A DNA stretch of 64,000 nucleotides, taken from the sequence record LR756504.1; one strand, 5' to 3'. The position numbers were made by a program, and so were the translations under genes. This document shows positions 8,577 through 17,766 of the stretch, in pieces. Under the pieces are notes generated by a model that had not been told where the DNA came from, searched no databases, and saw nothing but the letters and a program-made list of their open reading frames with translations. The first letter of the stretch is position 1. Each line of letters begins with the position of its first letter.

Positions 8577-8987
8577 TTATTTAATTAAGTTGAGTGCTTC
8601 ATATAATGCTTTTTCTAATGCTTCTTCATAGCTATTAAAGCCAATTTCATTTTCTCTATTAATAAAAGCGAAGAACATTTTAGGATTAATAAAATAATGA
8701 AAATATGCTTTTGAATTTTCATCCATGCTATCTTCCGCAAACGGTATAATTACTATTTGAATATCATGGACATCTCTTAGATATGCTTGTAGTACTGATT
8801 GTACAGGTGCTAAATATCTAAAATCTATTCTATAATCTTCTTCTTGTATTTCACCATTTTTATACGTACCATTTTCTTCGTCTTCATAATATCCAGGTAC
8901 ATAATCCGTAGAAGGCTTACCATTTGGTTTAAAACCTTTTTCTTTAGCTAATTTAGCTGTTTGAAATGATGTTAATTTTTCACTCAT
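8577..8987 (-). CDS. Phage protein, paralog of 13232 and 34772
   Basis: TAKLAKEKGF..P.QSVLQ.YLR..H.I..YEEALE pattern shared by the three. Confidence 0.75.
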   Translation of the reverse strand: MSEKLTSFQTAKLAKEKGFKPNGKPSTDYVPGYYEDEENGTYKNGEIQEEDYRIDFRYLAPVQSVLQAYLRDVHDIQIVIIPFAEDSMDENSKAYFHYFINPKMFFAFINRENEIGFNSYEEALEKALYEALNLIK

Positions 8988-8989
8988 AA

Positions 8990-9346
8990 TTACATTAAAT
9001 AGTCTAACAATTTGTATACACATCTTTCGTTTGCAATGATTCTCAAATCATGAATGTCTAAGATGGTAATATTATATTCTTTGGAGAGTCTTTCTTTTAG
9101 AAGAACTGTATTAGTATAGACTAATGTTTTATAGCCTCTAAGCTTACAGAAGTTAATACCACGAAGAATATTATAATGAGTCATTCTAGGTTGATTCCAT
9201 GACTTAATTTGTTCTTCTTGTCGTATTCTATAACCTGCTTTAGTTAAAGCTTCTATAATTAAAGGAATAGCATCACCTTTATGATAATAGTCTAAATGTG
9301 TTTTCATAATTAATCCAACTTTTGAAATTAAATGTGGTGTAATCAT
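8990..9346 (-). CDS. Hypothetical protein
   Basis: In operon; start uncertain. Confidence 0.6.
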   Translation of the reverse strand: MITPHLISKVGLIMKTHLDYYHKGDAIPLIIEALTKAGYRIRQEEQIKSWNQPRMTHYNILRGINFCKLRGYKTLVYTNTVLLKERLSKEYNITILDIHDLRIIANERCVYKLLDYLM

Positions 9347-9349
9347 AGT

Positions 9350-9625
9350 TTACTTATTAAGTTTTCTATATTCACAAAATTTACAATTTCCTTTATGGGT
9401 AAAAGTTGTATGAGATGATCCTGGGTCAGATAGTAAATATTCACAGCTATCATAGTCAATGACTTTAGTATCCTTGATAAAATCATTGACTATTTTTTGT
9501 TTACGTTCAATTTTTTCTTTTTCAATATCTCTTTCGACATCCTGTCCACAGGAAATTAAAGTTGTGATGATTCCTATTATTAATAGTAGTTTTTTCATAA
9601 TGCTATTTGATTTATTTTTTATCAA
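9350..9625 (-). CDS. Putative lipoprotein
   Basis: MKKLLLIIGIITTLISC signal. Confidence 0.65.
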   Translation of the reverse strand: MIKNKSNSIMKKLLLIIGIITTLISCGQDVERDIEKEKIERKQKIVNDFIKDTKVIDYDSCEYLLSDPGSSHTTFTHKGNCKFCEYRKLNK

Positions 9626-9824
9626 TTAACCATAGTAATACTATGAATAAGGGAACATACAAGAAAAGGAATAGATTACTTAGATGAAAAGTATCTATCA
9701 TAAATGGTATTAAAAAAAGAACTAATACAAATAGAGCAACTATAGCAATAATTGCCATTGCTGTAAATAATATACCTATGGATGTTTTTGTAGAATCATA
9801 GAGTGAGTTGAGTATATTTTTCAT
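9612..9824 (-). CDS. Small two-TM membrane protein
   Basis: Two hydrophobic segments. Confidence 0.65.
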   Translation of the reverse strand: MKNILNSLYDSTKTSIGILFTAMAIIAIVALFVLVLFLIPFMIDTFHLSNLFLFLYVPLFIVLLWLIDKK

Positions 9825-9850
9825 ATTTTAGTTATAGTTTATCTAATATA

Positions 9851-9882
9851 CAAATATAAGTATTTTTTTAGTTAAATACAAA
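9851..9882 (-). promoter_or_regulatory. Bacteroidota-type promoter
   Basis: TTTG-N20-TATATTTG. Confidence 0.8.
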
Positions 9883-9897
9883 TTATTTTAAATGAAA

Positions 9898-9940
9898 AAC
9901 CACAGCTATATAGTTCTTGTTAGAATCTAAAGCTGTGGTT
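9898..9940 (-). terminator. Intrinsic terminator after the tRNA-like genes
   Basis: AACCACAGCT/AGCTGTGGTT inverted repeat followed by a T-run on the minus strand. Confidence 0.6.
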
Positions 9941-9959
9941 ATTGCTGTACATGGGATAG

Positions 9960-10034
9960 TAGCGTGTATGGGATTCGAACCACATGTCTTTTACCTGAAT
10001 AGATAATCGTCCTAAGCCCCTAGACGAACACGCC
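9960..10034 (-). tRNA. Atypical tRNA-Glu-like gene (6-nt anticodon loop TATTCA)
   Basis: Acceptor GGCGTGT/ACACGCT, D-arm GTCT..GGAC, GTTCGAATC T-loop, bulged T in T-stem, no encoded CCA. Confidence 0.7.
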
Positions 10035-10096
10035 ATTTAAAATTGATAGTTACCCTCTTACGTTTCTGACTGTGTTTCTGAACTCATTATCAATTG

Positions 10097-10171
10097 TAGC
10101 CCGTGCAGGATTCGAACCATGCGTATACGATCTGAAAAGAAAGTCGTCCTGAGCCTCTAGACGAACGGGCC
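10097..10171 (-). tRNA. Atypical tRNA-Glu-like gene (loop TTTTCA)
   Basis: GGCCCGT/ACGGGCT acceptor, GTCTAGAGGCTCAGGAC D-arm, GCA(T)GG-TTCGAAT-CCTGC T-arm; anticodon stem only 3/5 paired. Confidence 0.7.
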
Positions 10172-10215
10172 ATTTTATTATCAAATAATTTGTAGTAGAT
10201 AACTATTTGATGATG

Positions 10216-10247
10216 TAAAGTTAGTAAACTTTTTTTTATTATGCAAA
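10216..10247 (-). promoter_or_regulatory. Bacteroidota-type promoter variant for the tRNA-like pair
   Basis: TTTG-N20-TAACTTTA. Confidence 0.55.
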
Positions 10248-10512
10248 TGTTTACTGAAATATTTTTTTATTTTTTACTATTAATTATCATTTCTTTTAAT
10301 TGCTCTAATGGAAGTTTCACTATCATAGAGATCCTTTCCAATGCTACGGTATCATTTTCATTTAGATTAGATAAAATGCTTACGTTTTTCATATCTTTAT
10401 ATTTTAAAATTTCAAACCAATAATATTTAGATTTATTTATGTCCGTTTAGATAATAAATATTTATTACAAACATAAACAATAACTTTATTATTTCTGATA
10501 AAATAGAAAACT

Positions 10513-11121
10513 TTATTTTTCGTCATATTTAAATACTTTATTAATGAACTCATTACCATTCATTCGTTCATTATGTTCTAATGATATAACATTAAATGAT
10601 TGTATTAATGGATAACAATGCGTTGCTATAAACAATTGACAGTTATTTTCAACTGCTTTATTAATTGCCTGTATTAGTTTATATTGATTTGTAATAGATA
10701 ATCCTGATTCAGGTTCATCTAAGAATATTACACTATTTTTAGCTTTCATTAGAGGTGTTATAATAAAGTTTTCTAAAACTTCTCCATGAGATTGAAATCT
10801 ACTTTTAATAGCTCCACCTAATCCGATTCCTTTACTTGTACCTGAAGGATTTGTAAACAACATAGGATCTTTTACACGAGGGTTATCCATTTCACTATCA
10901 AAGTAAAATGTATTAACTCCATTTTTTATAACATTTTCACTAAGAGTTATTTCAATATCTTTATGACTTTGTTGTAGAAGGTTTAATAGAGTACTTTTAC
11001 CACAACCTTGATTTCCTACAAAAAGATTAATATTATCACATTCTATTTCAAAGTCTTTTTTTAAGACTTTTGATCCTGGATAAGTATTTCCTTTTATTTT
11101 AATTTTCTCTACGTGAATCAT
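10513..11121 (-). CDS. Stand-alone ABC-type (AAA_21-like) ATPase
   Basis: Walker A GNQGCGKST, Walker B FLDEPESGLS, H-loop ATHC. Confidence 0.85.
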   Translation of the reverse strand: MIHVEKIKIKGNTYPGSKVLKKDFEIECDNINLFVGNQGCGKSTLLNLLQQSHKDIEITLSENVIKNGVNTFYFDSEMDNPRVKDPMLFTNPSGTSKGIGLGGAIKSRFQSHGEVLENFIITPLMKAKNSVIFLDEPESGLSITNQYKLIQAINKAVENNCQLFIATHCYPLIQSFNVISLEHNERMNGNEFINKVFKYDEK

Positions 11122-11196
11122 TTATTTAGACTTATAACACTATGTTCTTTATTAACTACATATAGAATATCTCTTTCATTAAAGCTCTTTGTTACC

Positions 11197-12165
11197 TTAA
11201 TTATGCGATTTCAAATTTAAAATAGGATCAATCATATTGCATCCATGATGTTTACATTCTCTATAAGGGTATTGAGGATATTTTTCATCGTATGAAAGCT
11301 CTTCTTTAAATTCACATTTGTGTGAAATCATACCGTCTTTAAAAGCACTCCATGACTTTCTTGTAGGTGATACACTCATAGCCCATAATGGAGTAACTAA
11401 ACATAACTGTATGTAATACCAAATACTCTTTTTACCAAGTAATATTTTTGTATCGTTCATATTTTTACTTACTTCCAATTTCCGAGTTATAAATTTTTAA
11501 AATTTCAATATCTCTCAGAGATTTATGAATTCTTCTATTACCATAATATTTCTCACACAATGCGGATTTATTCATATTAGTTGTAAGTGTAATATCAGGT
11601 AGATTATTCCACCATTGCTTAAAGTCTTCCGTTTTAAGTTTTTCTAATTCTTCGGCTAATGCTTTAAAATCTTCTTCTCTAATTCCGAATTCTGTATATG
11701 CAGAATCATTAGAAAAATCAATTCTATATTTGTACAAGAGTTCTAATATTTTTTCTTTCATATAGTTTTAAGTGTTGATGAATGAAATCCAATAAGTTCT
11801 AATTTTTTATTATGTAGTACATTTAAAAAAATAAAATAGCCTTCTATTTTAATTATTTCATATGTACCAGGATAGTCATGTTTTTTAAATTTTACTACTT
11901 TCCCAACTTTGAAATTATTTTTAGGTTTGTTCCAATTAGGAATTAAATTAGACAATATTTTAGGATTAGTTAATTCTGTCATATATTCTTCAACAGATTT
12001 TCCCGATTTGCGAATATATCTTTCAATCTTTTCACCATCTAAAATACTTAATTCACCTGATCTTTTAGAACAACTACGATATGCAGTAAAATTACCAATT
12101 GGTAATTCTAACTTAATATAGTTATTATGAATATGAAGTTTAGGTTTAGATGCTATAGTTTCCAT
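11197..12165 (-). other. Three hypothetical CDS (11197-11478, 11465-11761, 11758-12165)
   Basis: Overlapping stop/start junctions behind the 12251 promoter. Confidence 0.7.
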
Positions 12166-12250
12166 ATTTTTAGTTTAACTATCAAAGGATGTTGACTCGG
12201 CCTCCGTGAGCCTGTAAGATCATCTTTTTACGAGACTTTAATAGCTAATA

Positions 12251-12282
12251 CAAAGATAGTTAAAAATGTATTAGAATGCAAA
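12251..12282 (-). promoter_or_regulatory. Bacteroidota-type promoter
   Basis: TTTG-N20-TATCTTTG, followed by an approximately 80-nt GC-rich leader. Confidence 0.85.
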
Positions 12283-12303
12283 TTTTTGTAATCAAATAAC
12301 GTT

Positions 12304-13014
12304 TTATTCTAAATCATAATCAACAAGTTGATTTCTCATTTCTTTTATACCATCTCTTTTATAATATGTTTCAATTAAAGGATTAATCGTGTTATTAATA
12401 TCTTCAATTTCAATTGGTGTGAAAGATAGTCTAATAAAACATCTTTCAATAGTGTTATTAATTTCAGGTCTTCTATGAATAATATAAGGGTCTAAACCAT
12501 ATAAGACTTTACTACCCATTGTTTTTATATCATCCGTATAATCAATTCTTTTTTGAAAATATTTATGAATATTATGTTTTAATGGATTAAAATCTTTGGG
12601 AATAATAAAAGACTTTTCGATATATTCCGTAGGTAAAATATCTGTCCAAATATAATTTTGTTCAGGAAGATGTGTTATTGTTTTTGAAAATCCATCCACA
12701 TGCCATTCATCATCCGTAGTAGATTTAACAAAACCTTTTCTTATAGTTAAATAAACAAATGGTTGAATTATACCCATTTCTTTTTGATAAGCATCAGCTT
12801 TTTCAATTAGAGATTTACACCATGATAATTCATTTGGTATTTGATAATCATTGAACATTCTTTTGATGAGCATACGCAAAATATAGAATTCTTCTTTTGG
12901 TTGAATTAATTCTATATGTCCTACATTATCTATAGTATTAGTAGCACTATATTGTTCTATATTCAATACCTTAAACGCTCTATCTTTAAGCATAAAGGAT
13001 TCTATAATTTTCAT
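12304..13014 (-). CDS. 2OG-Fe(II) oxygenase-like protein
   Basis: EWHVDGF (HxD) ... YIIHRRP (distal His) ... RCFIRLSF. Confidence 0.65.
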   Translation of the reverse strand: MKIIESFMLKDRAFKVLNIEQYSATNTIDNVGHIELIQPKEEFYILRMLIKRMFNDYQIPNELSWCKSLIEKADAYQKEMGIIQPFVYLTIRKGFVKSTTDDEWHVDGFSKTITHLPEQNYIWTDILPTEYIEKSFIIPKDFNPLKHNIHKYFQKRIDYTDDIKTMGSKVLYGLDPYIIHRRPEINNTIERCFIRLSFTPIEIEDINNTINPLIETYYKRDGIKEMRNQLVDYDLE

Positions 13015-13017
13015 AAT

Positions 13018-13227
13018 TTATTTTATTAGTCCAACTTTTTTTTCTGCTGAATATCTTTTTATAGCTTTTTGGATTATTGAATCAGGGTTCTTGATAAAGT
13101 CGGATTGACTAGCACATGAACACAGTACGTTATTAACAGATAAATGAAGTATGTTGCTATTTGGCGTAGATACATTAAGATTGAATATATCATTTTTATA
13201 TCTATAATTAATAGTTTTATTTAGCAT
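13018..13227 (-). CDS. Hypothetical protein
   Basis: 69 aa, in operon. Confidence 0.55.
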   Translation of the reverse strand: MLNKTINYRYKNDIFNLNVSTPNSNILHLSVNNVLCSCASQSDFIKNPDSIIQKAIKRYSAEKKVGLIK

Positions 13228-13231
13228 AAGA

Positions 13232-13597
13232 TTATTTTTTAACCAATTCTAAACCTTTTTCAATTCCATATTTTAAAGCTTCATTATATTTAAAGCCTTT
13301 GAAATCATTATGATATGTTTTTAGATTTGTAAAACATATCATATTACCCATACCAATATGTGTTATATTATAATTATTAATTACATCAACAACATATTTA
13401 TCAGGTAAAGATATTCTAACTTGCACAATTATTTTATGATTTTCTCTTAACCAAGTTTGAAGTAATGATGGAGTTGGTATTTCTCCTAAATAATCATTTT
13501 CAGATCTTTTATTTTGAAACTCAAATCCTTTTTGGACAGCTAATTTAACTATTTTATATAATGCTTTTATTTCAGATATTCTATTTGAATTTTCCAT
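13232..13597 (-). CDS. Phage protein, paralog of 8577 and 34772
   Basis: KLAVQKGF..PTPSLLQTWLRENH..YNEALKYGIE. Confidence 0.75.
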   Translation of the reverse strand: MENSNRISEIKALYKIVKLAVQKGFEFQNKRSENDYLGEIPTPSLLQTWLRENHKIIVQVRISLPDKYVVDVINNYNITHIGMGNMICFTNLKTYHNDFKGFKYNEALKYGIEKGLELVKK

Positions 13598-13601
13598 GAT
13601 A

Positions 13602-13633
13602 CAAAGATACTACAATTTGTATTAAAATACAAA
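13602..13633 (-). promoter_or_regulatory. Bacteroidota-type promoter, leaderless
   Basis: TTTG-N20-TATCTTTG-N4-ATG; contains the dyad TTTGTAT-N4-ATACAAA. Confidence 0.88.
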
Positions 13634-14056
13634 TTTATTATAAAAAAATTGATCGGCTAATATATCTTGACATTCGGAAATATCAAAAATCTTAGTAAAT
13701 TCTTTATCATCAGTTATTATCAAAGATAAATATGAATAGTATCCATTATTAGAACCATATCCAGGTATCTTTACAGAAAATTCTTGTATAGGTATTAACT
13801 CTATACCATACCCTTCTATTCTATTGAAGAAATTATCATTTGACAAGTCAAATTCTAATCCTTTAAAATCGTCTAAAGTTAAATCTGAAAAATGAAGATA
13901 GTGATACTCACAGCAATCAGACTCATTGTATGAAGATAATTTTATACCATACTCAAACTCTACGAATTCGGCATTTACTGCAACAACTTTTACTCTTGTT
14001 ACGTCATCATCCTCTTCTTCTTCATCGTCCCAATCATTGTAATCTAAATCTTTCAT
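13622..14056 (-). CDS. Phage protein with DCCE and GSNNGYY motifs and acidic N-terminus
   Basis: YNESDCCEYHY; GYGSNNGYYS. Confidence 0.65.
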   Translation of the reverse strand: MKDLDYNDWDDEEEEDDDVTRVKVVAVNAEFVEFEYGIKLSSYNESDCCEYHYLHFSDLTLDDFKGLEFDLSNDNFFNRIEGYGIELIPIQEFSVKIPGYGSNNGYYSYLSLIITDDKEFTKIFDISECQDILADQFFYNKFVF

Positions 14057-14159
14057 AAACTTTATCTGTTTTTTACATGTGATTGGTGGTGCATTAGCTG
14101 ATGCTTATAACATCGAAGCTTTTCTGTTTTAGTATCACAACCAAGAGCTATGCACATAG

Positions 14160-15014
14160 TTAATTTAGTTCTTTCCACATGTTTTTAACTTTATCCAATG
14201 TTTCAGAATTGAGGTTGCTTCTAAATTTTACAGCTTCTTCTTTTCGTTTATCATCTTCTAATTTAGACTGAGTATCGTAGGCACTTTTAAACGCATATAG
14301 AATCTCTTGTGAAACCCCGTAAGCTTTGATACCATTTGTAACGAGTTCTATGCTTTCTCCTGCGATTATAGACATAAGAATTGTCCAAGCATTTCCTTCG
14401 GATATTTTTCTATCGTTAACTAAGAAATAGAAATACTTCTTTAATACGTTATCATCCGATTTATTAGAAAAGAATTTTGCGTAATCACTCATAGTTTATC
14501 TTTTAGAATTAGAATTACTAATAACTTCTTGTTTCTTTAACTCAGCAATATCTTTAGAAGATAAGAATTTTCTTTTTGGTTTATCTGATTGAACAATCAG
14601 ATGTTTCATTTGTGACTTTCTTTTCCAATTCTTATAAAAAGATATTTCATAAACATTGTACACACCTTCCGCATTTTTACCATTCACTTTACAATAAGGA
14701 ACGGATACCCACCAATCTTTACATTCATCAGGAAATGAATATCCTTCGAATTGATATTTATCCCATATAACCTCAGATACAATATTATATTCCCACACGC
14801 TATATGGAATCCATACTTTCGATTTATTAGGAACAAGTTTATCAAATTTAATACACTCGTTTAACCAATTTTCAATTTTATAACTAGTACCATCTACATT
14901 AATAGTAGGCATCACTTCTTTTAATTTTTCAAGTGTGATTCCAGTACCGCCAAAATATTTTTCTAATCCTGTCATATAATTTTTATTTAGAACACTCAAT
15001 AAGTTTTGCATCAA
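14160..15014 (-). other. Two hypothetical CDS (14160-14492, 14496-15014)
   Basis: Downstream of the HD gene in the same operon. Confidence 0.7.
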
Positions 15015-15522
15015 TTAACTCAATTAACTTCAAATGGGTTTTAGTAAGGTTTCTATCCTTTTTTAAACCTTCAACAATAAATTTGTTATGAGTAATTGTT
15101 TTAATTTTAAACTCGTCTGACATATTATCCATATCTGATAGATTTTCTAATCTATCAACAAGTTTTATCACGAGTGAATAACTCGATATGTTTAACATTT
15201 TTTCAAGTAAATATACTTCTTTACCTTTTTCAGCAATCAACTCTTTATCCGAAGTTAATTCTTCTACAATTGCAGCTACATGAAAGCCAAACTCTTTTGC
15301 AATTTCATCTAAAGAAGTTTCGCAATCTTCAACTACATCATGTAGAATAGCAGCAATGAATAGCAAAAGTTGATTTTTACTTTTCTTGATTTTACCTAGT
15401 GTGAACATAACAGATAGTGGATGAAGTATATAAGGGCGTTGGTCGCCTTTACGCACTTGACCAGCATGTTTATTTGTAGCGAAAACAATTGCTTTTTCTA
15501 ATATGTCAGATGATAATTTCAT
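14983..15522 (-). CDS. HD-domain (p)ppGpp hydrolase-like protein (Mesh1/small alarmone hydrolase)
   Basis: HAGQVRKGDQRPYILHP, AAILHDVVED, IKLVDRLENL; start moved to MKLSSD because the promoter lies inside the longer ORF. Confidence 0.88.
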   Translation of the reverse strand: MKLSSDILEKAIVFATNKHAGQVRKGDQRPYILHPLSVMFTLGKIKKSKNQLLLFIAAILHDVVEDCETSLDEIAKEFGFHVAAIVEELTSDKELIAEKGKEVYLLEKMLNISSYSLVIKLVDRLENLSDMDNMSDEFKIKTITHNKFIVEGLKKDRNLTKTHLKLIELIDAKLIECSK

Positions 15523-15526
15523 AGTA

Positions 15527-15558
15527 CAAAGGTACGAAAATTTGTATTTAAATGCAAA
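15527..15558 (-). promoter_or_regulatory. Bacteroidota-type promoter, leaderless
   Basis: TTTG-N20-TACCTTTG-N4-ATG. Confidence 0.88.
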
Positions 15559-15621
15559 TTTAAGATACATTATCTAAACAAATTATGTATTTTTTATATA
15601 ATTAAAAATAATAATTTAGTT

Positions 15622-15891
15622 ATGAAAACAATTGTATGTAAAAATACTTCTAATGGTGTAACAAAAAGTTATGGTGTTTTAAACGAAGAAGGTGATATTA
15701 TTATAATGTCATATTTAATTAATGATATTAAAAATTTAATAGCCCAAAATGTAATTTTTACTACTAAACAAGGTGGTCATGTTTATGTAGAACCTGGTAC
15801 AGGTATTTTAAAAACAAGAAATAATCATACACAATTAGACAATTTATCAAGTTTAAATCAATGTTCATTAAATAATAGAATTACTAAATAA
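15622..15891 (+). CDS. DUF3892-like protein
   Basis: VYV....LKTRNNHTQLDNLSSL; preceded by TATATAAT. Confidence 0.6.
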   Translation: MKTIVCKNTSNGVTKSYGVLNEEGDIIIMSYLINDIKNLIAQNVIFTTKQGGHVYVEPGTGILKTRNNHTQLDNLSSLNQCSLNNRITK

Positions 15892-15892
15892 A

Positions 15893-15926
15893 AAAAAGCC
15901 TTCCTGTTATTATAGGAAGGCTTTTT
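15893..15926. terminator. Bidirectional intrinsic terminator
   Basis: AAAAAGCCTTCCT-N8-AGGAAGGCTTTTT between convergent genes. Confidence 0.9.
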
Positions 15927-16067
15927 GAATTTCATATTAGGTTTATAATAATAGTATATCTTAAATCTTATTACGGTTGTCCACGAATTCTCATAAGAGC
16001 TGGGTTTAAAAGGTTATAAGGGTTATAAGGGTTATAAAATATCATTATAATCATTAAGTTAGACTAC

Positions 16068-16250
16068 TTAAAGATGGTCCTTTTCTTTTTTGTTATTTTT
16101 AATTAATACGTTAACTGAACCATATAATGTTCGATTCGATATAACAAAGAAGTCTTTGTCTACAGGTAAGAACAATAATGTAATAGTACCTATTAAAATG
16201 AATGTGAGATATATAATCAGAACCATTGATACAAAGTTAAACAGAATCAT
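16068..16250 (-). CDS. Small membrane protein ending KKEKDHL*
   Basis: Hydrophobic N-terminus; 3' end shared with 17767. Confidence 0.6.
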   Translation of the reverse strand: MILFNFVSMVLIIYLTFILIGTITLLFLPVDKDFFVISNRTLYGSVNVLIKNNKKEKDHL

Positions 16251-16391
16251 TTAATTATCCAAATTTTCAATTAAATTTCTTAACAATTTTTTTAAATTTT
16301 TCAACCCGTTTACTTATATACTTTATTGATACACATAATAAAATTATGAATAATGCGAAAAAGAAATTATTAAACCATTTTATTTTCATAG

Positions 16392-16922
16392 TTAAATTTT
16401 TTCGTCAAAAAATACTTCAAGATGATCTTTGTTATAGACACCAGTAATGCCTCTAACACAGTTTATATCACCGCTACCTGATTCAATTCGTAATCTGATA
16501 CTATCCTTCATGAAAGCTTTTTTCCATACGGATAAAGACGTTTTAATCCATGAACCACTTCTTTCTAATACATCAAATGGTTTAGCATCTAAGTGATGCC
16601 AAATGTTTATATCTTTTTTAACTTTAAATTCTCTGCGGATATTACCATATACTTTTTCTCTTCTTTTAGTATGAGCAGTCCAAATTTCATCACGTTCTTC
16701 TTCTGATAAACCTTTTGTAATAGGTTCTTTTGGAAAAATATATTTTTGAGTTGAACTAAGTGAGCCAATTAAAAAGAATTCTTGAGCAATTTTAGGCATA
16801 GCATAAAAGCCTCTTGGTGCAGGTGGTTGATGAAATGTAGTACGTTCCTTAGAATAGCCTTCTTGATTCTTTAAATCAAGCCCACCAAATCTTACAAAAA
16901 CATCTAATGATTTACCTTTCAT
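16392..16922 (-). CDS. Hypothetical protein
   Basis: 176 aa directly behind a leaderless promoter. Confidence 0.8.
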   Translation of the reverse strand: MKGKSLDVFVRFGGLDLKNQEGYSKERTTFHQPPAPRGFYAMPKIAQEFFLIGSLSSTQKYIFPKEPITKGLSEEERDEIWTAHTKRREKVYGNIRREFKVKKDINIWHHLDAKPFDVLERSGSWIKTSLSVWKKAFMKDSIRLRIESGSGDINCVRGITGVYNKDHLEVFFDEKI

Positions 16923-16926
16923 AATA

Positions 16927-16958
16927 CAAAGGTAATAAATATTGTATAGAAATACAAA
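16927..16958 (-). promoter_or_regulatory. Bacteroidota-type promoter, leaderless
   Basis: TTTG-N20-TACCTTTG-N4-ATG. Confidence 0.88.
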
Positions 16959-16989
16959 AAAAAGCCTCTAAAATTTTAGAGGCTTTTTT
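16956..16989. terminator. Intrinsic terminator
   Basis: AAAAAAGCCTCTAAAA/TTTTAGAGGCTTTTTT inverted repeat. Confidence 0.85.
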
Positions 16990-17017
16990 AAATATTTTTT
17001 AAAAGATGTAAACATTA

Positions 17018-17497
17018 TTAGAAAATACAAGATACAATTATAGCAACTGTTAAAAGTGTACCACCAGCAATTGGAATTCCCATAAAATTGCGAGCTTTGC
17101 GTGAATCTTCAAGTTCTCCTGTACCATTATATACGTTAGTATAATTATGCTTACCTAACTTGGATTGTACATCATATGTAGTAGTATTTTCTTCATAGTC
17201 TACTACACGAGTAATAGATTTAACGTCATGTCCTTTTAAATCTTCGGCTACTAAAACTGGCGCATCATCAAGCTCGATGGTTTCAATTTTTAATAGCAAT
17301 TCTCCAGTAGGTGACATAAGGAGAGAACCAAATGTGGTTTCAGTTTTAAAATAGGCTTCGTAGCCATGTCTATTTTTGTGCCATTTCACATCTTGTGTGG
17401 GGTATACTTTTTTCAATGACTCCATTACTTGAGTCGGAACTTTCATTGCATGTGAAGCAAAGGAAATGAATAGAAGAATAAAGATTAGCTTTTTCAT
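17018..17497 (-). CDS. PepSY-like (BLIP-like) Bacteroidota-type exported protein
   Basis: Signal peptide; VPTQV...KKVYP..DVKW.K...YEA.F..G.LL..E repeat pattern; C-terminal TM. Confidence 0.65.
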   Translation of the reverse strand: MKKLIFILLFISFASHAMKVPTQVMESLKKVYPTQDVKWHKNRHGYEAYFKTETTFGSLLMSPTGELLLKIETIELDDAPVLVAEDLKGHDVKSITRVVDYEENTTTYDVQSKLGKHNYTNVYNGTGELEDSRKARNFMGIPIAGGTLLTVAIIVSCIF

Positions 17498-17550
17498 ATA
17501 ATTTTTGGTTTAGATTGTGAATAATTTTTTTATCTCTGTGGTTTTTCCAT

Positions 17551-17624
17551 GGTAGCTGAGATACTTCCGCTCTAGGCTTTCAAGGAGAATTTTTGATACA
17601 ATCTCAACTCTCCGAGCCACTACC
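17551..17624 (-). ncRNA. Candidate structured RNA in the 5' leader of 17018
   Basis: Nested helices GGTAG/CTACC, GCTC/GAGC and GGAGAGTT/AATTCTCC. Confidence 0.4.
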
Positions 17625-17766
17625 AATGCTATCAAATCTACTTGTAAGGCTTATTAGGCTGTGGTACATACAAGTTGTACTCTTTAGAAGTACTTGGAGA
17701 TTAAATATTTTTAATTATTATTTTAGTTTATAAGTATAAAATTTATAATCATTTAAGTTAGACTAC

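Noticed and set aside
9960-10171. UGA-suppressor (anticodon TCA) reading of the tRNA-like genes
   Set aside because: The D-arm and acceptor identity are Glu-like, TCA is not centred in a 7-nt loop, and TGA works as a normal stop throughout.
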